Shown: positions 37,617-46,480 of the stretch, in pieces
Position numbering within the stretch: the stretch's first letter is position 1
Layout of the letters: every line of letters begins with the position of its first letter
Notes under the pieces: model-generated
What the model saw: only the letters and a program-made list of their open reading frames with translations
Told to the model about the DNA's origin: nothing
Databases searched by the model: none
Program-made: the position numbers and the translations under genes
Virus record (IMG/VR): IMGVR_UViG_2932189381_000001
Location: 1-64,000 of that record
From: a virus
Lineage: Duplodnaviria > Caudoviricetes
Strand: one strand, 5' to 3'
Length of the DNA: 64,000 nt

Positions 37617-37780
37617 CCCTGATCAGGGCTCGCTCAGCCCTGATCAGGCTGCAAACCCGCAGGTCGCAGTCGCTCAGCCTGCTGCTCACCGTCTGCTCAA
37701 CCTCTGCTCTGAGCAGCCCGTGAGCAGATCCCAGAGCAGCCCTGACCTGCACCTTTCCCCACCGAGCAGCCCTGATCAGC
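37617..37780. repeat. clt-like locus (cis-acting locus of transfer)
   Basis: Directly after traB: CTGCTC x3 then GAGCAG x4 at ~11-12 bp spacing around CTGCTCTGAGCAG; CCCTGATCAG x3; CGCTCAGCC x2. Confidence 0.7.
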
Positions 37781-37820
37781 AGGAACAAACCATCACAAAC
37801 CAGAAACGGAGATCATCGCC

Positions 37821-38222
37821 ATGCCGAAGTCCTGGGACCCCTCGAAGGCGAAGAAGTTCGCCAAGGAGGCCCGCCTCAACGTGCCCTACTACGTCGTCTA
37901 CGACATCGCCCAGAACCGGGCCCCTTACGAGGACGCCCAGCTGTACTCGGAGTTCACCTTCACCCGGAGGGCGCCGCTCACCGGCAACCCGATGACGGAC
38001 GGCGGCACCAGCGCCGAAGGGCTCTGCCTGCGCTTCGGGCCCGTCTACGACCAGCCCCCGGCCGGCATGCGCAACGTCGCCGGACCCGGCCCGCAGGTCG
38101 GTGCGCCGCTCGGCGAGGACCACTCCGCCTACCTGGACGAGGCCGAACTGCGCGGCATGGAGAAGCTCGCCGCCCAGGGGGCCGACCCGCGCGCCCGCCG
38201 CATCCGCGGCCGACGTGTCTGA
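37821..38222 (+). CDS. Hypothetical protein
   Basis: RBS GGAG, codon bias. Confidence 0.7.
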   Translation: MPKSWDPSKAKKFAKEARLNVPYYVVYDIAQNRAPYEDAQLYSEFTFTRRAPLTGNPMTDGGTSAEGLCLRFGPVYDQPPAGMRNVAGPGPQVGAPLGEDHSAYLDEAELRGMEKLAAQGADPRARRIRGRRV

Positions 38223-38257
38223 CCAGCAACCCGCCCACCCACCGCAAGGAGACACAG

Positions 38258-38467
38258 ATGAGCCTCACCAGTTGGTACGCCCACGTCCGGATCGAGAAGA
38301 ACGGCAAGTACGTCGAGCACAAGGGGACGTTCGACGCCGAGACGGTCGGGGGCCGCGTGCCCACGGAGCGAATGATGGCCGAGCAGGTAGCGGAGATGCT
38401 CCTCCACCAAGCCCCCCACCTCAGGGGCGGACGGATCACCGCCTGCGAAGTCCGCAAGCTCGCCTAG
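38258..38467 (+). CDS. Hypothetical protein
   Basis: RBS AAGGAG. Confidence 0.65.
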   Translation: MSLTSWYAHVRIEKNGKYVEHKGTFDAETVGGRVPTERMMAEQVAEMLLHQAPHLRGGRITACEVRKLA

Positions 38468-38784
38468 CCAAGACCGGGGCGCCTGACGCGCCCGAACCCC
38501 ACCCGCCACACCTAAGAGAAGGGGCCACTCATGGCCACCAAGCAGGAACTGCTCGCCCTCGCCGCGAACACGGAGAACTTGATCGCGCGGACCGCCAGCC
38601 CGGACGACTTCCAGCTCGAGCAGCGTGACCGGATCATCGCCGCCGCCCACGCAGCCGGGATCACTGACGAAGAGATCAATGCAGCGCGCTAGCTGAGCCG
38701 GGGCGCCCCTCGAATGCCTGGAAGCGACCAGGGGCGCCCCTTCCCTCCCCATCCGATTCAAGACCCGACGAGGAGACCCTCATC

Positions 38785-38970
38785 ATGCCCCACCGAATGG
38801 CCGACCAGCAGTGGGAGGCCCAGAACGGCAGCCTCTCCCCGGACGAAGCCCGAGCCCGCGGCCTGTGCTGGTGCTGCAGCGGCAACGGCGCCCTCTACAG
38901 CGCCCATGGCGGAGAGCGGATCACGGCGCCGTGCCCCGAGCGCTGCGACAACGGCAAGGCCCGCCGATGA
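38785..38970 (+). CDS. Small Cys-rich (DnaJ-like zinc finger) protein
   Basis: CWCCSGNG...CPERCDNG. Confidence 0.6.
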   Translation: MPHRMADQQWEAQNGSLSPDEARARGLCWCCSGNGALYSAHGGERITAPCPERCDNGKARR

Positions 38971-39455
38971 CCATCACCGCCCTCCGGCCGTCCGTCAACA
39001 CCACCCTCAACCTCGAGACCCGGCTCGCCCTGGTCGACGCCGCCATGTCGGTCCGCCTCGACGAGGCCGCGGTCGCCTTCGAGGTCAACACCGCGCACCT
39101 GCCCGGCGCTGACCCGATTCCGCTGCGCCTCACCCCGACCGCGGCACCCAACCCGTACCGGACGCCGATCGCCGGCCTCCTCCACCGGGCCCGAATCCGG
39201 CTCGAGACCAGCGGCTGGTGCCGCGATGCCCTCTACGACGAGTCCGGTGCCGTCTGCCCGATCCGTGCGATCCGCCTCGAAGCAGCCGGCCGCGACCAGG
39301 CGCACGACGCCTGCGTGCTCCTCCTCGACGCCATTCAGGCCGACTTCCCGGGCGCGGAAACCATCCCGTCCTGGAACGCCGACCAGACCAGCCCGACACC
39401 CGTCCTGCACGCCTTCGACCGCGCAGCCAACCACGCCCACAACCGCGGCCTCTGA
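38967..39455 (+). CDS. DUF6197-like protein (second copy)
   Basis: LLHRARIRLETSGWC...CPIRAI...IPSWN...VLHAFDRAA. Confidence 0.65.
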   Translation: MTITALRPSVNTTLNLETRLALVDAAMSVRLDEAAVAFEVNTAHLPGADPIPLRLTPTAAPNPYRTPIAGLLHRARIRLETSGWCRDALYDESGAVCPIRAIRLEAAGRDQAHDACVLLLDAIQADFPGAETIPSWNADQTSPTPVLHAFDRAANHAHNRGL

Positions 39456-39474
39456 GCCGCCGAAAGGAACCGCA

Positions 39475-39690
39475 ATGACCATCAAGCTCGAGCCGAACCA
39501 CCGGTGGGAGACCGCCCAGACCTTCGGCCGCATGCCCGACAACCTGTCCGACGACTATGCCGCCCCCGAGAAGACGTGGATGGCCGCCATCGTCGACAAC
39601 GTCAGCGGCCGGTTCGTCGTCAAGGCCGGCCCGCACGCCACCGAAGCCGACGCCATCGCCGACGCCGCCCGCAAGTACACCCGCCGATAG
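39475..39690 (+). CDS. Hypothetical protein
   Basis: RBS GAAAGGA. Confidence 0.6.
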   Translation: MTIKLEPNHRWETAQTFGRMPDNLSDDYAAPEKTWMAAIVDNVSGRFVVKAGPHATEADAIADAARKYTRR

Positions 39691-39707
39691 GTAGAAAGGG
39701 CCACACC

Positions 39708-39905
39708 ATGGGCAAGCCCACCCCCGAACAGATCCGTGAAGCCGGCCGCAAACTCCAGCGCGGCGGACTCCTCGGCACCGGCAGCAGCAAGAAGGCCGAC
39801 AAGCTCGTCGCCGAAGCCGTCGCCGCCGGCATGGACGAGCAGGAGATCGCCTTCGAGATTCTCGGCGCGTCCGCCGACTACGAGCCCCGCCCCTGGGCGA
39901 GGTAG
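39708..39905 (+). CDS. Hypothetical protein
   Basis: RBS GAAAGG. Confidence 0.6.
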   Translation: MGKPTPEQIREAGRKLQRGGLLGTGSSKKADKLVAEAVAAGMDEQEIAFEILGASADYEPRPWAR

Positions 39906-39924
39906 ATCAGCCCGCTACGCCGAG

Positions 39925-39958
39925 GCCCCGACCGTCATCCGTGACGGTCGGGGCTTTT
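39925..39958 (+). terminator. Intrinsic terminator
   Basis: GCCCCGACCGTCA-TCCG-TGACGGTCGGGGC-TTTT. Confidence 0.8.
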
Positions 39959-40171
39959 GGTGTGGGGACGGCGCGGGCTACCCAGCCGCGGCCGGTGCCG
40001 TCGGACGGCGGGTTCGTGGGGACGGCTCCGAGGAGTCTGCAGATGCGGTCCAACTCCCGCTGGCAGACCGCTTGGGTCCTGCCTCGCACCATGTACACCA
40101 CATCGTCCATAGACGGCAGTCTGCCCCGCACCGGGGACGGAACGGGGCAGAACACGGGAAGACGCTACGGC

Positions 40172-40408
40172 TTACAGGGGGCACGCCTCGTCGATCTCGG
40201 CGATCGCCCGGTTCAGTAGTTCCGTCGCCTCGGCGGTCGTGCCCGAGGCGAGAGCCTGCTCGGCTTCAGCGAGGAGACGTTGGGCGGTCTCGTAGTCGGG
40301 GTCGTCGCCGATCGCGTCGAGCGTCTCGGTGATCGCGTCGTTGATCCTCACGGCGGAACGGTCCTCATGGCCCTGGGCGCGCAGCCAGTCGGTGATGCTG
40401 TCCGTCAC
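40172..40408 (-). CDS. Hypothetical protein
   Basis: RBS GAGGAG, coupled to upstream HTH gene. Confidence 0.6.
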   Translation of the reverse strand: MTDSITDWLRAQGHEDRSAVRINDAITETLDAIGDDPDYETAQRLLAEAEQALASGTTAEATELLNRAIAEIDEACPL

Positions 40409-40689
40409 GACGACTCCTCGGGGCCCTTGGCGCGCTTGGCTTCGACTTCGCGGCCGACGGTGGGTTCCCGCTTGCGTTCGACGCCTTCAGCGCGGGCGAT
40501 CCGCCGGAAGACCTCGGGCGTCATCCCGGTCAGCTTGGCGAGCTGGGTGACGGACGCGCCGGACTTGAGGTCGAGGGCGGCTTGCTCGCGGACTGGGTCC
40601 TTGAGTTCGCGTTCGGTTTCGAGGGCGCGCTTGTAGCGGCCGTAGAGGCGTTCTGCCTCGTCATCGGGTGTCCAGGTGGCGGGGGTCAT
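40405..40689 (-). CDS. HTH regulator
   Basis: GASVTQLAKLTGMTPEVFRRIAR; divergent promoter region has GTAGCCCTA repeats (40723, 40759). Confidence 0.7.
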   Translation of the reverse strand: MTPATWTPDDEAERLYGRYKRALETERELKDPVREQAALDLKSGASVTQLAKLTGMTPEVFRRIARAEGVERKREPTVGREVEAKRAKGPEESS

Positions 40690-40832
40690 ACGGGGATTGT
40701 CGCACAAGGGGTTGGCCACCGTGTAGCCCTACTCTTCCGATTCCTTGAGCGACTATGAGTAGCCCTATTGCGTGGACTACGCGTAGGTGTCATAGTGGAG
40801 TCATCGACACGGAGAACAGCAGGGGAGACACC

Positions 40833-41081
40833 ATGACGGCCCAACTGATCAGCACGGACAGGCTCCAGCCCGGCGACGAGGTCGAGCACCGCCGCATCGA
40901 GGGCCGCTTCACCGTCGACTCGGTGAACCCCGCCCGCGTCGATTGGCGCTTCCATTCCCCCGGTGCTGCGCCGTCGGAGACCGGTATGGAGATCGTCGGC
41001 CACGACGTCGACGGCGTGACGGTGTACTTCACCGCCGCCCAGTCCTGCCAGTGGTGGGTCATCGAACTCGCCGCCCGCTAG
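40833..41081 (+). CDS. Hypothetical protein
   Basis: RBS GGGGAG. Confidence 0.65.
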   Translation: MTAQLISTDRLQPGDEVEHRRIEGRFTVDSVNPARVDWRFHSPGAAPSETGMEIVGHDVDGVTVYFTAAQSCQWWVIELAAR

Positions 41082-41165
41082 CCCACCCAGGGCCCGGCCT
41101 CCCTGGCCGGGCCCATCGCATGACCCGCACCACCACCGCACGCCGCACCAAGGGGGACCCGCACG

Positions 41166-41507
41166 ATGCTCAGCTCGAACCGCACCCGCCACGCCGAACT
41201 CCGCGCCCGCGCCCGCACCACCCGCGCCGCCGCCCGGATCCGCCGCAACGGTGTCGGCACTCTCGCCTCCCACTGCATGGCCGCCGGCCTCGCCCCGAAG
41301 GAAGCCCGCTCCGTCGCCGGCACCCTCCGCAAGACCGCGAAGACGCTCGGCATCACCGGTATCCCCGCCCGCATCCACGCCGGCCGGAAGATGCGCGGCG
41401 ACTGCCGCCGCTACACCCCCGCCCAGGTCGCCCGCATCGCCGTGAAGTACCGGCCGCGCAAGCCCGCCTACAAGCTCGCCGCCGCCAAGCTCGCCCTCGC
41501 CGCCTAG
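41166..41507 (+). CDS. Basic hypothetical protein
   Basis: RRYTPAQV...YRPRKPAYK; ends LALAA. Confidence 0.65.
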   Translation: MLSSNRTRHAELRARARTTRAAARIRRNGVGTLASHCMAAGLAPKEARSVAGTLRKTAKTLGITGIPARIHAGRKMRGDCRRYTPAQVARIAVKYRPRKPAYKLAAAKLALAA

Positions 41508-41516
41508 GAGCCCCGC

Positions 41517-41726
41517 ATGCTGAACCCGTTGATCGCCTGGGAGCCGGGCACGCTGGTCCGCTACCACGGCAGCCTCACCGACCTGCACGGCGTCCACCAC
41601 GCCCACCCGTGCACGTGCTTGCGCTGCGACGACCCGATCATCGGGACGGCCCGCTTCCAGCTCGCCGACAGCACCGGCACCGTCGTGGCGACCTGCGTCC
41701 GCGCCCGCTCCCTCACCCCCGCCTGA
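41517..41726 (+). CDS. Hypothetical protein
   Basis: VRYHGSL...CTCLRC. Confidence 0.6.
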   Translation: MLNPLIAWEPGTLVRYHGSLTDLHGVHHAHPCTCLRCDDPIIGTARFQLADSTGTVVATCVRARSLTPA

Positions 41727-41743
41727 CCCCGGAAGGCCAGCCC

Positions 41744-42412
41744 GTGACCACGCACACCCGCACCAGTGCCGCCAGGACCAGAGAGTGGCTTGTCTCAGCG
41801 ATACTCCCGCCCAACTGGTGGTCCGACCTACTGCACTGCATCGAGGCCCTGTGCCCGTGCGGCAGCACGACGAGGGTCCGCGACGACCGGCTGACCACAC
41901 ACGAGCCGAAATCGACGTGGGACCTGGACGGCCAGCGCCGTCCGGCGATCCGCGACGCGACCGGCATCGGGTGGACCTGCCGCTACAGCGGCCGGACCGT
42001 CACCCTGGACGCCGCCCTGGCGCGCGACAACGCCCTCACCCCGGCCGAGAAGCACGCCCGTGACGTCACGACGCGCCGGCTGGAGGCGGGCATCACGGAC
42101 ACCGCCCCGAAGGGTTACGCGCTGCCCAAGCCGGTCGCCGGCCTGTTCGCGCTCGCCGAGGCCAACGGCTGGACCGCGCAGCAGGCGTGGGCGCCGCGAG
42201 ACGACGGCTTCGTCCTGAACGCCCGGGTGGGCCGGGCCGCCGACGAGGGCAGGCGTTGGCAGTACGACCTGAGCTACTTCGTCGCCCCGGGCGTCGCCCG
42301 CCGGACCCCGTTCGGGACGTCCGTCACCCCGGACCGCCCGGCCCCGCACGACACCCCGCCGCTCAAGGCGATCCGCGCAGCCATCACAGGCCACCCGGTG
42401 ATCGCCAAGTGA
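41744..42412 (+). CDS. Hypothetical protein
   Basis: RBS GGAAGG, codon bias. Confidence 0.6.
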   Translation: MTTHTRTSAARTREWLVSAILPPNWWSDLLHCIEALCPCGSTTRVRDDRLTTHEPKSTWDLDGQRRPAIRDATGIGWTCRYSGRTVTLDAALARDNALTPAEKHARDVTTRRLEAGITDTAPKGYALPKPVAGLFALAEANGWTAQQAWAPRDDGFVLNARVGRAADEGRRWQYDLSYFVAPGVARRTPFGTSVTPDRPAPHDTPPLKAIRAAITGHPVIAK

Positions 42413-42450
42413 ACGCCAGTACCTCCGCCCATCCCCGAAAGGGACAGCCC

Positions 42451-42741
42451 ATGACGCACGCCATCCTCGACCGCATCGCCACCACGGGCGGCGGCCACCT
42501 GATCACCCTCGCCGACGGACACCACATCACCGTCCACGGCCAGGCCGGCGCCGACCTGATCGACGAGGTGTACCTGCACCCCGGCCTCGACGTCGACTGG
42601 GACCACGACGAGGACTCGGCCGAACTGTTCCTGTCCGGCGACCCGGAGCTCGCGAAGGGCCGCCTGTTCCTGGAGGTGCCCGTGGCCGACGTCCGCGCGC
42701 TGATCGACGAGCGCGGCGGATACGGCCAGGAGCCGTCCTGA
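42451..42741 (+). CDS. Hypothetical protein
   Basis: RBS GAAAGGGA. Confidence 0.65.
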   Translation: MTHAILDRIATTGGGHLITLADGHHITVHGQAGADLIDEVYLHPGLDVDWDHDEDSAELFLSGDPELAKGRLFLEVPVADVRALIDERGGYGQEPS

Positions 42742-42792
42742 CCGCCGCAGGCCCCACTCGCACCACATCCCGACCGCAGTAAGGAGTCTCAG

Positions 42793-43026
42793 ATGGCCAG
42801 CAAGTTCCGCATCGTTGCCGAGGTGTACGCGGACGACCGCGGTGACGCCGTGTACGCCGAGGGCCGGGTCGAGTCGGTGTTGGAGGAGTACGGCTACGAG
42901 GCGGTCGTGTGGCTCGACGAGAGCAACGCCCAGGTCGAGGTGGCCCGGCTGCGGGCTGCGCTGCGGGACGCGGAGGCCCGGATTGCCGAACTGGAGGCCC
43001 GGACCGCCGTAGGCGCGGCGGCCTGA
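42793..43026 (+). CDS. Hypothetical protein
   Basis: RBS TAAGGAG. Confidence 0.65.
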   Translation: MASKFRIVAEVYADDRGDAVYAEGRVESVLEEYGYEAVVWLDESNAQVEVARLRAALRDAEARIAELEARTAVGAAA

Positions 43027-43380
43027 CCGCCCATCCGGCCGCGCGAATGGTCGCGCGGCCGGCCCCCGCCGGGCTGTCCTGCCCGGCCTGAACCGATAGG
43101 AGGCCGACTGTGGTCACGATCGACTTTGAGCGCCGGTTCGCCCGCTGCTCCCAGCTCTGGGACGCCGCGCGCTGCCGCCGCAACTTCCGCACCCACTGGC
43201 AGGACGAGGCTGACAGGCGGTTCATGACCCGCGTCCGTTCCCTCTTCCAGACGCGGAAGCCCGCGTGACCGCCAAGCCCCCGCCGCCGGTCCCGTGGTGG
43301 GAGGAGACTCCCGCCGAAGCCGCCGCCTGGGACCGGCGATGGGACGACCGCGACACCGACTACGAACGAAACGAGGACTC

Positions 43381-43692
43381 ATGAAGACCACCGCCCAGGC
43401 CGCGATCGTCGCCGCCGGTGCCGCTGTCGTGCTCGCCCCCGTCGACCCGCAGGCGATCCGCGACCTCAACACCCCCGAGCCCGAGCCCGCCGTCGTCGCC
43501 CACTACACGATCAACGGCACCTGCTGGGGCCACGACACCACCACCGGCACCGAGGAGATGCTCGCCAGGGCACACAACGACGGCCTCGTCGTCCACGAGT
43601 GGCACGTCACCGACCGCGACGGCTGGCCGCTCCGCATCACCCGCATCGTCGACCCGTCCGGCTTCGACACCATCTCCGTCATCCCCGCTTGA
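43381..43692 (+). CDS. Hypothetical protein
   Basis: RBS GAGGA. Confidence 0.6.
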   Translation: MKTTAQAAIVAAGAAVVLAPVDPQAIRDLNTPEPEPAVVAHYTINGTCWGHDTTTGTEEMLARAHNDGLVVHEWHVTDRDGWPLRITRIVDPSGFDTISVIPA

Positions 43693-43760
43693 CCACTCCG
43701 CGGGCCCGGCCCACCGGCCGGGCCCGCCGCCCACGCCCTCCCCACCGAAAGGACCCGCCC

Positions 43761-44168
43761 GTGAGAGCCCTGACCGTGAAGTACCCGTGGAGTGCGGCCA
43801 TCGCCCATGGCCCGAAGCGCATCGAGAACCGCACCCGCCCCATCCCGGCCGCCCACCTCAGGGCCACGGTCCTCATCCACGCCGGCGCCGCCGAAGACGA
43901 GGGCGCCCTCCCTGTCGACATGGTCCGCCAGTGGCCCCGCTACTTCCGCGCCGTCGTCGCCGTCGCCACCCTCGCCGGCTGCCATCAGGACGACGGCTGC
44001 TGCCGCCCGTGGGGGTTCCCCGGCACCTGGCACTGGCAGTTGGAGGATGTCCGGCCGCTGCCGCATCCGCCGCGTCCGGTCCGTGGGCAGCTCGGCTTGT
44101 GGACGGTCCCCGACGACGTCCTCGCCGCCGTCCAGCGGCAGGTCAACCTGGAGAGGGCCGCCCCGTGA
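43761..44168 (+). CDS. ASCH-domain protein
   Basis: ALTVKYPWSAAIAHGPKRIENRT...VLIHAG...VRGQLGLW. Confidence 0.85.
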   Translation: MRALTVKYPWSAAIAHGPKRIENRTRPIPAAHLRATVLIHAGAAEDEGALPVDMVRQWPRYFRAVVAVATLAGCHQDDGCCRPWGFPGTWHWQLEDVRPLPHPPRPVRGQLGLWTVPDDVLAAVQRQVNLERAAP

Positions 44169-44313
44169 CCGACCCGTCCGGCTGTCGCTGGTGCGGCGTC
44201 ACCAAGCGCGAGCACGCACAGCGCTGGAAGCCCCCGGCTGGCTGGCACCAGTGGGAGCAGCCCACCCAGCAGCAGATCAAAACCCGCATGCACGCCCGAC
44301 GAGACGAGGACCG

Positions 44314-44781
44314 ATGACCGCCGAACTTCCCGAGCCCCTGCTCGCCTACTTCGCCCAGCGGGAGCAGCAGCGTGCCGCTGCTGTCGAGGGCTTCCTTGCC
44401 AGCCTCACCGACTACGAGCGCGGCCTCTTCTACGACGCCGCCGTCATGGGCTACGTCCGAGGCAGCATGTACCCGCAGGGCGAGGAGATCCCCCTGAACG
44501 CGGCGATCGTCGCGGACGTCGTCAACGCCTGCTTCGCCCACAGCGACCTGTACCCGGCCGTCAACGCCGAGTTCGAGGACCGCCGCGTGGCCGTCGACTA
44601 CTTCCTCCAGTGCCAGCAGGACGACGACACCTGGGAGACCGCCAGCAGCTACATGGACACCCTCGACTGGGCGACCGAGCGGCTCGCGGGGAAGCGCGCA
44701 AAGTTCCCGGACTTCACATGGCGACTCGCGCGCCGCACCACCTCGGTCGTCGTCGAGGCCCATCGGAACGAGCAGACGTGA
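44314..44781 (+). CDS. Hypothetical protein
   Basis: ATGA coupling. Confidence 0.65.
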   Translation: MTAELPEPLLAYFAQREQQRAAAVEGFLASLTDYERGLFYDAAVMGYVRGSMYPQGEEIPLNAAIVADVVNACFAHSDLYPAVNAEFEDRRVAVDYFLQCQQDDDTWETASSYMDTLDWATERLAGKRAKFPDFTWRLARRTTSVVVEAHRNEQT

Positions 44782-45056
44782 CTCGCCCCTTGTCTGCCCG
44801 CCCGGCTCGCGCGGTCGTGGAGGCCGCGCGGCTGGTGAAAGCCCCGGACTGGCCGGAGACCCGCGCGTGGCATGTCGTCGCCGACGGGCAGGTGCTGGTC
44901 GTGGTCGAGCCGTCCTACGGCATCGGCCAGCGCCACCGATGGACCTGGCGGCTCCCCACCGGAGGCGCCTCCCGCCAGACCGAAACCACCCGCGAGAAAG
45001 CCGCCGTTGCCGGGCTTGCAGCCTGGGAGCGGTGGGCCACCAACAACGAGAAGTGA
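44778..45056 (+). CDS. Hypothetical protein
   Basis: GTGA coupling. Confidence 0.55.
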   Translation: MTRPLSARPARAVVEAARLVKAPDWPETRAWHVVADGQVLVVVEPSYGIGQRHRWTWRLPTGGASRQTETTREKAAVAGLAAWERWATNNEK

Positions 45057-45068
45057 GGAGAACTGACC

Positions 45069-45548
45069 ATGGGACAGTCCACGAACGGCATGCTCGCCTA
45101 CGGCTACGACCTTGGCGGCGAGGAGGAATGGAAGATCCGCGAGGCTGGCGAGTACGGAGAGCTGCCGGAACTCGACTGGTTCAACCCCGACAACGAGGAC
45201 GGCGACGGCTTCCAAGAGGCCGCTGAACGCCACATCCTCGCCCAGCTCGCAGACTTCACCGAGACCGACTGGCGTGCCGACGGCTACTTCGACCGCGAGC
45301 GCGAGGCGAAGGCGCGACTGGGTGTCGAGTTCGACACCTACTGCTCCGGCGACTACCCGATGTACCTCCTCGCCGCCAAGGTCATCACCGTCTACCGGGG
45401 CTCCGTCGAACACATCGACATGGAGGCCCTGGCCGTCGAGCCCGAGATGAACGGCTGGGACGAGAAGCTCCACGCCGCCGTCCAGGCGCTCGGCATCACG
45501 CCGGCGCAGGACAAACCGAAGTGGGTCCTCTGCTCCTACTGGGGATGA
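45069..45548 (+). CDS. Acidic hypothetical protein
   Basis: RBS GAGGAG. Confidence 0.75.
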   Translation: MGQSTNGMLAYGYDLGGEEEWKIREAGEYGELPELDWFNPDNEDGDGFQEAAERHILAQLADFTETDWRADGYFDREREAKARLGVEFDTYCSGDYPMYLLAAKVITVYRGSVEHIDMEALAVEPEMNGWDEKLHAAVQALGITPAQDKPKWVLCSYWG

Positions 45549-45624
45549 CCACCCCACCCCGCCCCTGTGGGCCCGTGCCGTCTGGTGCGGGCCCACAGGC
45601 GTGTCTGGGGTCATCGGCCCGGCG

Positions 45625-45647
45625 TTGTCAACGGCGTGCCGCATCAT
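45625..45647 (+). promoter_or_regulatory. RecA-NDp/PafBC-like promoter
   Basis: TTGTCAACG-GCGTGCCG(8 nt)-CATCAT, just after a hairpin at 45560-45601. Confidence 0.45.
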
Positions 45648-45692
45648 TGGCCACAGCGTCACCCGCTTCCCGCACCACACGAGGAGCCGAAC

Positions 45693-46346
45693 GTGCACGA
45701 CCACCCCACCAGCCCGGACCAGTACGAGTGGCCGACCTGTGGCCCCTGCGGGCGGCAGCTCCGTCAGGACGAACTCGGGCGTGTCGCCTGCCGCCTCTGC
45801 CAGGAGCGCGCCGACACCACCCTGCGGCAACTCCCCGGCCCTGGCGGGCTCTACGCCCAGCTCGCCACCCGGCTCACCCCCGGGCGAGGAAGTGACGCCC
45901 CCGTCGTCACCATGTCCCGCACCGCCCCGCTCCCTGTTCGCCTCGAACCGCTCTCCCTCATGGCCCGCGGTGGGGTCGTCACCATCCTGCAGACGTGGCT
46001 CGTCGACTGGCACGAGACCCTCGGCTGGCGGCATCCCCGCTGGGAAGGCAACCTTCAGCAGCAGTGCGACCAGGCCGTCAAGGCGCTGCGGATCAACCTG
46101 GAATGGGCTGCCGGCGAGCATTCGGCGTTCGGCGACTTCCTGCACGAGGTGACGAGCGTGGTGCGGCAGTGTGAGCGGCAGATAACCGGGGAGCGCCCCG
46201 AGCGGCCGATCGCCGTCGCCTGCCCGTGCGGGACCACGCTTCGCGTCACCGTGTCCACGCCGGGCATCCGCTGCCGTGGCTGCGCCACCCAATACGCACG
46301 CAGCGAAGTCCTTGACCTGCCCCTCGCCGACCGAGCCGCCGCCTAA
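45693..46346 (+). CDS. Zinc-ribbon protein, candidate late-gene regulator
   Basis: CGPC..CRLC at N-terminus, CPC..CRGC at C-terminus; sits at the early/late boundary. Confidence 0.6.
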   Translation: MHDHPTSPDQYEWPTCGPCGRQLRQDELGRVACRLCQERADTTLRQLPGPGGLYAQLATRLTPGRGSDAPVVTMSRTAPLPVRLEPLSLMARGGVVTILQTWLVDWHETLGWRHPRWEGNLQQQCDQAVKALRINLEWAAGEHSAFGDFLHEVTSVVRQCERQITGERPERPIAVACPCGTTLRVTVSTPGIRCRGCATQYARSEVLDLPLADRAAA

Positions 46347-46364
46347 CGAGCACCCAACGATCAC

Positions 46365-46460
46365 TTGCGTGACCGATCGGTTGTATGTCACAGTGCCATC
46401 GACGGAACACAAGTGTGTCCGCAGACCTCTGAGCCCCCAGCTTCCGCCGGGGGCTTTCTG
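46365..46460 (+). promoter_or_regulatory. Late promoter followed by a terminator
   Basis: TTGCGT-18 nt-CACAGT, then AGCCCCC...GGGGGCT-TTCT at 46432-46460. Confidence 0.5.
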
Positions 46461-46480
46461 CATGCTTGGGGGTGGGCGCG

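Noticed and set aside
37682-37770. GAGCAG repeats as a second CRISPR array, since the CRISPR repeats also end in GAGCAG
   Set aside because: No 29-nt hairpin repeat and no unique spacers; the position after traB fits clt.
40800-40815. Partial match of the 32-nt spacer (ATGGACACGGAG) to ATCGACACGGAG
   Set aside because: Only 11/12 nt, the seed is mismatched and the rest does not align; expected by chance.
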